Positions 53,590 to 64,000 of a stretch of DNA of 64,000 bases are shown in pieces. The first letter of the stretch is position 1. The number at the start of each line of letters is the position of its first letter. This DNA comes from Octopus sinensis (Eukaryota), in contig NC_043003.1 of NCBI RefSeq assembly GCF_006345805.1, forward strand, positions 59,272,001-59,336,000. The letters run 5' to 3'. The position numbers and the translations under genes were made by a program. The notes below the pieces were generated by a model. It was given only the letters and a program-made list of their open reading frames with translations, was not told the origin of the DNA and did no database searches.

Positions 53590-56350
53590 CAAATTGTACA
53601 CATAAGACAACTGAATATCGTCATATGCGCTACATATCACCCACCAGATGCCCCAAATCACCCAGGCATGTTTGAAGACTGCCTAACAAAAATAGAAGTC
53701 CTCACCAAACTTGAACAACACAACAGTGTATTCTTCATGGGTGACTTTAACTTCCTCAATGTGGAATGGCCTTGGGGGGGGGGCAGATGCTCTCAGGGAT
53801 GACACACCATCAGCAGGCACAGGCAGAGTCCCTGCTCCATCTCACAAATGCCTCTTTCATGGAGCAAATTGTTCTGCAACCAACAAGGGCAGATAATATA
53901 CTGGATCTCTGCTTCACAAACAATATGGATATTATCCATAATGTTAAAGTGATGCCGACAATGATCTAGGATCACAACATAATAGAGCTGTCTATGTATG
54001 GACCAAAAGACCCCGTAGACACACAGCGTATACGAAGCATCCACCATCTCTCCAACTTAAACTTTCATAAAGCAAACTGGAAGTTGATTGAGAAAGAGAT
54101 CCTCAAACAGGATTGGCCTAAATGTCTCTCCACACCGGACATTAACATGAAACACAAACACTGCATGTCCGTAATACAAGCCATATGTGACAAATATGTC
54201 CCAGTGTACAGGGCCAACACACACAAAAACAAAAACAGGATCCCTAGAGAAAGGAGGATTCTTATGAGACGACGGACAAGGATTGCGAACCGCCTGAGCA
54301 AGCACACCAAAAGTGGTGAGAAGTCTCGGCTCCAGAGAATGCTAATGGAAATTGAGAAAAGTCTGCATCAATCCCATGAAAAGGAGAGAGCAGATAAAGA
54401 AGTTTGGGTAATAGAAAATATAAAATCAAACCTTAAAGCTTTCTTTAAGTTTGCCAAAGAGACAGCCACAGTGCACCAGAGAATAGGACCTCTCTTCCAA
54501 AAAGATGGCTCTCTCACAGGAAATCCCACGAGGATAAGTGAAATACTGAACGAACAATTCTAAAGTGTGTTCACTACACCTCTGGGACACAGGCAAGTAA
54601 ACAACCCAGAAGAATTCTTTGCCACTTTACCTGCGGCCAAAGAGGCAAACATTGAGTACATCAACATTGAAGACGATGATATCACACTAGCCATAGATGC
54701 GATTGACACAAACTCAGCTGCTGGACCTGATGGATTTCCAGCGATCCTTCTCAAATCGTGGAAACGAGCCCTTGCAAAACCGCTACAGCTTCTTTTTCAG
54801 AGCTTTCTTGCAAGTGGTAAGCTCCCAGTCAAATAGAAAGAGGGGGTAATATGCCCTATCCATAAGGGAGGTAGCAGAGCAGATGCTAAAAATTATAGGC
54901 CTATCTCTCTGACCTCACACATCAGCAAAGTCATGGAACGAATAGTCCGCTAGATACTAATCATGTTCCTTAAAGAAAATGACTTGCTCTCTGACACCCA
55001 GCATGGATTTTGACCAGGTAGAAGCTGCCTAACACAGCTCCTGCAACACTATGACTGGGTGTTAAAACAGCTACTAAATGGCTCAAATGTGGATGTAATA
55101 TATCTCGACTTTGCAAAAGCCTTTGATAAAGTCGACCATGGTATGATCTGTCACAAACTGCATGGTCTCGGCATAGGCGGAAAACTTGGAGAGTGGCTGC
55201 ACAACTTCCTAAAAGACAGAAGACAGGCAGTTGTGAGCAATGGAGCCACCTCCAAGGAAACACAAATAACAAGCGGTGTTCCACAGGGCACTGTCTTCGG
55301 GCCACTGCTGTTCATAGTGGCCCTTTCAGACATGCCTTCAGTTGCTACGATGGCCACCCTTGCTTGCTATGCAGATGACACAAAAGTCTCCCACAATACA
55401 AAAGCCTGAAAATATTGCGCATCTGCAACAGGAGTTGGATAAAATATACAGGTGGGCGGAGGACAACAACATGCAGTTTAATGTAGGTAAGTTCCAGGCC
55501 CTGCGCTACCGGCACACAAAGGTAAACGACGTGCAAACTGGATACACTGGCCCAGAAGAATTGCAATCCCTGAGTCAAAATCAGTGCGGGACCTAGGCAT
55601 TGACATGAGCAATGATGCATCTTTCCAAGTGCATATTACTAATCTGGTGATAAAATGCAGACGGCTAGCTGGATGGATTCTCCGAACTTTCAGAACAAGA
55701 GAGAAGGAGACACTGATGGTCCTCTGGAAAACATTCGTCCGCAGCCGCTTGGACTACTGCTCCCAACTATGGTCACTATACAATATAAAACTAACAGCAG
55801 AATTCGAAGCAATTCAGAGAAGCTACACAAAGAAGATCGTCTCAATGCAAAATATCAGCTACTGGGAAAGACTGAAAGTATTAAACCTCTTCTCCCTAGA
55901 GCGGAGGCGGGAGAGATATGCGGTGATATACATCTGGAAAATCCTGGAGGGTCTTGTCCCAAACTTTGGCATTCAAAGTTACCCCAACCGCAAAACGGGG
56001 CGCCACTGCATGGTGCCAAAGATTCCAACATCACCATCAATATACAGGACCAGATACTGCAACAGCTTGGGTTTCAGAGGACCACAGCTCTTTAACATCC
56101 TCCCTAAATGCCTAAGAGACTTACTTGGTGTGGATGTGGGTTTCTTTAAAACTAAACTGGATCTCTTCTTGTCGGGAGTCCCAGATGAACCTACCTCACG
56201 ACAAGAGACGTAGATGCGAGCAGCAGCATCGAACTCCCTTGTTGATTAAGTGCCACGTATCAGAGGTGGATTCACATATTAGTGTAGCTCATTCAGCGGT
56301 GGTGCCCCAGCATGGCCGCGGCCTTCGGGCTAAAAGATTTTTAAGGATTT
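53590..56350 (+). pseudogene. 5'-truncated CR1-clade LINE ORF2 (APE endonuclease plus RT) with 3' UTR
   Basis: YHPP, GDFN, LDLCFTN, AGPDGF, NYRPISLTS, YLDFAKAFDKV, SGVPQGTVFGPLLF, YADDTK, SLERRRERY; several premature stops and frameshifts. Confidence 0.96.
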
Positions 56351-56404
56351 TTTTTTAAGGACTTATATAAACATATATGTATATACATATATATATATAT
56401 TAGA

Positions 56405-56590
56405 TCTCCTCCTGTTACGAGTTCCAGACGAGACTAACTTCACGACAGGAAGCACAGATGAGGGCAGCAGCATCAAACACCCTCATTGACCAAAAGCTAC
56501 ATATTTGAGGAGGTTCTAAATAATGGTGTAGCTCAGTCAACAGTGATGATCCAGCATGACAACACCTCTGCAGCTGAAACATTTTAAAAT
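56405..56590 (+). mobile_element. Diverged 3'-end fragment of a related CR1 subfamily
   Basis: Aligns with 56162-56340 (GCAGCAGCATC, GTGTAGCTCA, CCAGCATG). Confidence 0.75.
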
Positions 56591-56608
56591 AGTTAAAATT
56601 AACATATG

Positions 56609-56662
<54 letters not shown>

Positions 56663-56908
56663 ATATAATATATGCATATATATATATATACATATATGTA
56701 TACATATATATATATACATATATATACATATATATATATACATATATATACATATATATATATACATATATATATGCATATATATATATATGTATATATA
56801 TATGTCTATATATGTATATATATATGTATATATATGTATATATATATATGTATACATATATGTATATATATATATGCATATATATATATATGTATATACA
56901 TATGCATA

Positions 56909-56953
<45 letters not shown>

Positions 56954-56969
56954 TATATATATATATATA

Positions 56970-57189
56970 CACTAATCCCTCGCTATATCGTGGTTCACCT
57001 ATCGGGGTTTATTATTTAATCTTACGTCGATTCCTCCGTGGTATTGTTTTTCACTTACGATAAAATATAGAGAGATTATAAAAAAAAACAATAAACAAAT
57101 ATACAGTACAGTACTGTTTCTACTTCGTGGATTCTCACTTGTCACGGATGTTTTGGAACGTGATACCTGCGATAGTCGAGAGATTACTG
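56970..57189. mobile_element. pogo/Tigger-like MITE inserted in (TA)n
   Basis: TIRs CACTAATCCCTCGCTATATCG and CGATAGTCGAGAGATTACTG; TA on both sides. Confidence 0.8.
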
Positions 57190-57193
57190 TATA

Positions 57194-57263
<70 letters not shown>

Positions 57264-57344
57264 AAAAGAAAGAAAGAGAGAGAAGGAGGGTCATAGAAAA
57301 GTTACTTTCTTTATTAAACTCTATTTTAATATTTATACAGATGG

Positions 57345-57548
57345 GGCGACGAGCTGTCAAAATCGTTACCTCGGTGGACAAAATACTTAGCGGTATTTCT
57401 TCCGACTTTACGTGCCGAGTTCGAATTCCGCCAAGTGAGTTTGCCTTTCATCCTTTCGGTGTGTATAAAACAAGCCCCAGTTAATCACTGGAGCCGTTTT
57501 AATCGACTTAGCCACTCTCCCTAGATCACTGACCTTGTTCCAAAACCA
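57345..57548 (+). mobile_element. SINE family B, diverged
   Basis: GGCGACGAGCTG head, GAGTTCGAATTCC, TTTGCCTTTCATCCTTTCGG. Confidence 0.85.
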
Positions 57549-58093
57549 ATATTTATACAGATCTAGAAAGAGGTAGCTCTGCCCTAACAGATAATAGTTT
57601 CTCTGGGTAGCAACCAACGTAAATTGCAACTTGATTTGAACTGCACATAGTCGTAATTTGATGAAGCTTAATCCTGGACTTGATAATCACTTGCTCTTGC
57701 TGTGGAATGCATTTGACTTGGAATAACGTTTCTGAATATCAATTGGCAAATGTAAACTGATGTGCTGGTAAAGTTATGATTATTTAAAATATAGGATGAC
57801 GAACTGACAGTATCGTTTGTCGGAAAAAGTGAACTGCGATATTTCTACCAACCCACTGAGTTATGATTTCGAATCTCCTCTGACCATTTTACTTTTGATC
57901 TCTCAGAAATGGTTAAAATAATGTATTTTTCAAGTATTGGGTTCAATGGTATCGGATAATTACCTTCACTTAAAACTGAGAGCCTTGTGCCTAAATTAGG
58001 AACTGTTATTTGAAACAGAGTTGGCATATGAATCGTGTTTACACAATATCTATGTTTGGAAGAGTTTATATTAAGCGATACATAAAGTATATA

Positions 58094-58305
58094 TACTCTT
58101 TACTCTTTTACTTGTTTCAGTCATTTGACTGTGGCCATGCTGGAGCACAGCCTTTTAGTCGAGCAAATCTACCCCAGGACTTATTCTTTGTAAGCCTAGT
58201 ACTTATTCTATCGGCCTATTTTGCCGAACCGCTAAGTTACGGGGACGTAAACATACCAGCATTGGTTGTCAAGCGATGTTGTGAGGGGGAAACACACACA
58301 CACAC

Positions 58306-58348
<43 letters not shown>

Positions 58349-58537
58349 TACATATATATACGTATACATATATACGACAGGTTCCTTTCAGTTTCCGTCT
58401 ACCAAATCCACTTACAAGGCTTTGGTCGGCCCGAGGCTATAGTAGAAGACTCTTGCCCAAGGTGCTACGCAGTGGGATTGAATCCGGAACCATGTGGTTC
58501 ATAGGCAAGCTACTTACCACACAGCCACTCCTGTGCC
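58094..58537 (-). mobile_element. SINE family A, full length
   Basis: Collinear head to tail. Confidence 0.94.
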
Positions 58538-59974
58538 TAGGTATTGATAACATTTTAATTAAACTTTACTTAACTGATAATGTGCATGTGTGAATTGAAA
58601 TTTTAGATAATGACATTCGAAATACTCTCGAAATAACAGGATATTTTGCAACTGGAATGACTATGATTATAGGTCCGCTCGATTAAGTTTGCCCCAAACA
58701 CTAACAGCATTCAAGCTTTGTATTAAATCTTACGTCATCTGTCGAACTACTACAGACAACGTGTCACAGAAAAGATGTGTGGCTAAGTTTTCTATATCAT
58801 ATACTAAAAAGTTCGTTAGCATGTGGTTTCACTAACAGTGCAGAGTGTTTATGCGGCGAGAACCGAGAACGTAAGCACTTGTACACACAAATATATAAGC
58901 AGTCGATATATGAGGCAAAATGTACACAAATTAAGATAGCAAGAAAGTCAAAGGCACACACATACCCCTCCACACACACACACACACACACATGCACATA
59001 CAAAGCTGTGCTCATGTAAGTTTAAATGCGTACAGATTCCTTAAGAGTATACTTTCATGGTTTAAATTTGTTCCAAAATCTAGCTCAATGAAACTGAAAA
59101 TCGACCATGTTAAACAAGATGAAGATCTTAGATTGACTCTTGATAGTACTGGCTTCCAAATAATAAATATGTTGTAATTCTGTGATCTTCAGCCTTTGTT
59201 ATAAAAGGTTGTAATTCTTCTTTTAATGTCTCCCTTATTTTATCGCTTTCTCTCTCTACTCCCTCAATGTCTCATTGTCCGATCGTCTTTTTCGAGCTCT
59301 CTCTCTGTCTCGTTCAATTTCTTTCATTAGCTAACCCTTAAGGCTCTATTCTTCCTAAATATCTCTCATCATCTCTCTATTCATAGCAGGGGAATTTTAT
59401 ATCTAATTTTATTCACAGCTATAAAAATCTTTATCATTCTTTAGATACATTCGAGAAATTAAATAGGGCAGACATTATACGCTGCTCAAAAAGAGTTGAT
59501 TTAACAGTACATTTTTTCTTATCTACATTTTCAATATTTGATTATTAAATGTTTATACGAGACGTTATTAAATATTTATCCTGTAATTAAACTCAACGAT
59601 ATGTATTATTATTCAGTAAAAACAAATAATTTTATCATTGATTTTGTATTAAAATTCTAATGATTTATAATATCTGTTATTGTTGTTGTTATTAAAGAAA
59701 TGTTATTAAAGAATAATTATTAATATTAATTATTATTTCAGTTTTTTATGTTTATTTCAGGTTTTTATTCAAAACTGATTGGAGCTTTGCGTGTAATGGG
59801 TTCGTGTAGTATTTTGCAACGCTTCTGTTTATTTTTTCTATTGTATTCTACATAATATTTGTGCAAAGGCTTCTAGTGCATGCCGTGTCTATTTTTTTAG
59901 CACTGAATTCCATTATGAGAGTATTGTAATTTACATTGTTGTTAAATATTGCCAAGCATACCGTAATACTACTC

Positions 59975-60143
59975 TTGAGAAAATGTTCAGCGGCATTTCT
60001 TTCGGCCTTACAATCCACTGAGGTCGACTTTGCTTTGCGTCCTCTCAAGTTCGACAAAATAAGCACCAGTTGAGTACTGGGGTTGATGTAATCGACTTTC
60101 GCCATCTCTCAAAATTGGTCGGCTTGTGCCAATTTAGAAAGAC
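59975..60143 (+). mobile_element. SINE family B, decayed
   Basis: Contains GAGGTCGACTTTGC and GTACTGGGGTTGATGTAATCGAC. Confidence 0.75.
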
Positions 60144-60185
60144 TTATAAGAATGATCGACATCGCCATCACTAATGTAATCATAA

Positions 60186-60585
60186 ACTCTTTACTCTCTC
60201 TTTTACTTGTTTCAGTCATTTGACTGTGGCCATGCTGGAGCACTGCCTTTAGTCGAGCAAATCGACCCAAGGGCTTATTCTTTGTAAGTCTAGTACTTAT
60301 TCTATCGGTTTCTTTTGCCGAACGGATAAGTTACGGGGACGTAAACACACCAGCATCGGTTGTCAAGCGATGTTGGGGGCACTACACAAACACACAAACG
60401 TATACACACATATACATATATACGACGGGCTTCTTTCAGTTTCCGTCCACCAAATCCACTCATAAGGACTTGGACGGCTCGGGGCCATAGTAGAAGACAC
60501 TTGCCCAAGGTGCCATGCGGTGGGACTGAACCCGGAACCATGCGGTTCGTAAGCAAGCTACTTACCACACACTCATTCCTACGCC
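60186..60585 (-). mobile_element. SINE family A, full length
   Basis: Collinear head to tail. Confidence 0.94.
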
Positions 60586-61210
60586 TATTGCAGATTTATC
60601 TTATATTTTTCATTGCGTATTTTCTCAAGAAAATCTATTATAGCTCTGTGTACCTTGGGTAGGCAGAGCTTGATTTTTAGAATGTTTTTCTGTAGTATCT
60701 TACGTAAATTGTGTGCAATGTGTAACATTGTTTTTTGCTTATAAAACAAACTCTTATATGTATTAGTGTTTGATTACATATCCATCTGCATGTTGGGTGT
60801 ATTTTAATTATTCTCAAAGTTCCTAGGGAATAAGTAGAACACACAGGTATTCATTCCGTTTTTAATCTCCCATTGTACCTCTCTAATTTCGAATCTCTAT
60901 ATTTGCAAGATTTCTTAATTTCTTTACGAGATACCTTATGGTCTTTTGGGTATGTTGCTTCGATTAGAAAATATCTCTTTTTCCAAGCCGGTCTTTTAAT
61001 AACATCTACTTCAGTCGCTCTTTCTGAATTGGTATGTTACAAAGTATGTTTACTTATCATTCTCTGAGAACATTTCCAGCTTATATCTATTCAGATTCTT
61101 TGATGTATTTTTCTGATTAACATATATTATGTCCGAGTGTAGCAACTTGCACATATGCACACGTACACACATACACACATACACGCGCATGTATATATAT
61201 ACATATATAT

Positions 61211-61244
<34 letters not shown>

Positions 61245-61347
61245 CACACGCACACACACACACGCATACACACTCACACGCATATATATATATATGCATA
61301 TATATATACATATATATATACATATATATACACATATATATACATAC

Positions 61348-61380
<33 letters not shown>

Positions 61381-61599
61381 ACATATATATATATATTATA
61401 TATACATACATACAAACATACATACATACATACATACAAACATACATACATACATACATTCATGCATATAGGAGTTAATGCAACGATAAGCAAGTTAGGC
61501 AAGTTGATATATGAAAGATATTAGATACATTTAATAAAAAACATGTTCATATATATATATATATATATATAAGTCCGACTCACACAGAAAGGAAATTAA

Positions 61600-61794
61600 G
61601 GTGGGTTGAGCAGGAATTTTATGAGTCCAACAGCTGTTACTGGGGGTTTGGTAGTCCCCACACCAAATGCTTATTACTTGATTCCATCATCGGATTCCAC
61701 CAGCCTCCGTCTTCAGGGAAGAATTTTACATCTGAGTTTTGACAGAATGGCGTTTAAACAGCCATTGGACTCGTAAAACTCCTACTCAATCTCC
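61600..61794. mobile_element. 195-bp MITE with TTAA flanks and GG...CC termini (Kolobok-like)
   Basis: About 40-bp TIRs, ~80% matched by eye; TTAA at 61596-61599 and 61795-61798. Confidence 0.72.
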
Positions 61795-61987
61795 TTAATT
61801 CCTGACATCATTTCCATTTTTTATATGCATACTCATGTACATGTTTTGTATTATATGTATCTAATATTTTTTCCTATTGACTTGTCTAACTTGCTTGTCC
61901 TTACATTTACTCCTCTACCTGCTCAAGTTCAAATCATTAGAGCACTACGAATTGCATTCTATATTGGGAATACCTGTCTCTAATCTG

Positions 61988-62081
<94 letters not shown>

Positions 62082-62085
62082 AATA

Positions 62086-62157
<72 letters not shown>

Positions 62158-62161
62158 AATA

Positions 62162-62224
<63 letters not shown>

Positions 62225-62245
62225 TTATGTATGTATGTATGTATG

Positions 62246-62290
<45 letters not shown>

Positions 62291-62293
62291 ATC
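61988..62293. repeat. (ATCT)n microsatellite
   Basis: Read directly. Confidence 0.97.
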
Positions 62294-62421
62294 TAGCAGC
62301 TAGCTAGCTAGCTATTTTAAATTAGAATAATGAGGTTAGAAATTGATATCAATCGATTAACATTAATTTAAACCAGTGGTCTAGTATATTAAAAAAATCC
62401 GAAGATTTAAAAATTGTATTA

Positions 62422-62648
62422 CAATTATTAAGAGGAATGACCACTAAAGTTGATTCCTATACGCTATAGATAGACGTCAAATTGCCTTACCACAAAGAAT
62501 GTGTTCTCAATAATAAGCAAGGCAAATGAAAGTTTACATTTTTTACATTTTGGCGTTTGCTGAGAACACACTCTTTGTGGTAAGGCAATTTGACGTCTAT
62601 TTCTAGCGTATAGGAATTCACTTTAGTGGTCATTTCTCTTATCAATTG
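62422..62648. mobile_element. Tc1/mariner-type MITE, 88-bp TIRs, TA TSD
   Basis: 62422-62509 is the near reverse complement of 62561-62648; TA|CAATT...AATTG|TA. Confidence 0.85.
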
Positions 62649-62821
62649 TAGTAGCTATCTAGCTGTATATATCGTTAATCGAAACATGAACAAAGGGAAA
62701 ACACAACAACGCGAGGACCTGGAACAAGTATAGTGTTATTGGACGCTCAGGAAAGGAAAGAAAGATATACATTTATACATAAATTTGTGTGTGAGTTTTG
62801 TGTATTGTCTATGTGTGTGTA

Positions 62822-62852
<31 letters not shown>

Positions 62853-63030
62853 TGTGTGTGTGTGTGTACGGCTGTATGTGAAGATAGATATAGAATATAG
62901 ATAGACATAATTTCTCTCAGTAAATAGTAATAACCTGTTTGAGTGAGGACTGAAGAGAATATGAACCCTAGGCTTATTAAGTACGGTCAATATGATTGGA
63001 ATTTCCTATTTTTCATTCTTGTAATTATAA

Positions 63031-63195
63031 GTGCAGGAATGGCTATGTGGGTTAGTAGTTTGCTTTCCAACCACATGTTCCCGGGTTCAGACCAAGTGCG
63101 TGACACCTTGTGCAAGTGTCTTCTACTATAGCCTCGGGACGACGAAAGCCTTGTGAGTGGATTTGATAGGTGGAAACCGAAAGGAACCCGTCGTA
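63031..63195 (+). mobile_element. SINE family A, 5' half
   Basis: Head and core present; ends in (TA)n. Confidence 0.88.
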
Positions 63196-63199
63196 TATA

Positions 63200-63280
<81 letters not shown>

Positions 63281-63547
63281 AAAGGAATTCCAACCTTGTC
63301 TGATTTTCACGTTTTATTTACAATCTCATAATGATATAATATAATAAAATAAAATAAAATAATAGAATGTTAAATGTTCATTCCGATTGAACTAGTACTT
63401 TCATGCATTAAATTCTGCAATCTTCAGGTTCATGTAGTAGTGGTGAGAGTCATGCTTCACAATTTTTGACTGTAGCGAGATGATTGAATCTGTGCTTTAA
63501 ATACAGCTGTGTAGGCTCCAGATGCTAGGTTTTGCAAACTGTATTCT

Positions 63548-63610
63548 GACCAATCAGTGTGTAGTATCACTCAATTACTTAAGCTGATTGGTTGGTTGAG
63601 CTGATTGGTT
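63548..63610. promoter_or_regulatory. Cluster of three extended CCAAT (NF-Y-type) boxes
   Basis: GACCAATCAG at 63548-63557; GCTGATTGGTT at 63583-63593 and 63600-63610. Confidence 0.4.
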
Positions 63611-64000
63611 TAGGTGTCACGCTTTGTTGGACATGTATCTTGACCCTGGTCGAAGCAGCAATTGTTGGGCTATTTTTAGAAATGTTGTAAATAGCCTTTG
63701 TCAGAGATTTTTATATTTTTATATTTCAATTGTCATCATCATCATTGTCAGCACCTTAATTATTGTTACTAGTGGTGATGGTGGTGGCAATAGAACTTTT
63801 ATCCATAAATAAGATCATTTTCCTGCTATCTAAGTATTATTATTATTGCTTATTTAGCTTGGGTTCGAATTTATCAATAAAATTCTTTTCTCTGATTTTC
63901 CTCTCGATTTCACTTGGGCTGTGTAATTTGTAGAATGGAAATATTATATATATTTTCCGGCCACATGTTGCTAGGTGGTTACTCAAAGGTATCTGACGGA

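Noticed and set aside
53994-56213. 189-aa and 209-aa ORFs as host genes
   Set aside because: They are pieces of the disrupted CR1 ORF2.

Overview
This is AT-rich, microsatellite-dense eukaryotic DNA. The SINE types, as I recall them, point to an octopod cephalopod; that is inference and the species cannot be determined here. I recognise no intact host protein-coding gene, tRNA, rRNA or CRISPR array, and most listed ORFs are microsatellite artefacts. The window is intronic or intergenic and dominated by mobile elements. These are: many tRNA-derived SINEs of at least three types; five CR1-clade LINE fragments; an RTE-like fragment; two RLE-type (R4/Dong-like) LINE 3' ends in (TAA)n; a decayed piggyBac; a mariner 5' fragment; several MITE/foldback elements; and Penelope-like repeats with degenerate hammerhead-like motifs. 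Three promoter-like motif clusters and a few weak minus-strand exon candidates suggest possible transcription units. The best leads are a shared SINE/LINE 3' end, (TAA)n-targeted LINE stacking, an 8-bp-TSD MITE with an internal template-switch inversion, a TTAA/GG-ended MITE, and the hammerhead-like motifs. None is shown to be a new biological system. Coordinates were read by eye and may be off by a few bases, more for decayed elements.
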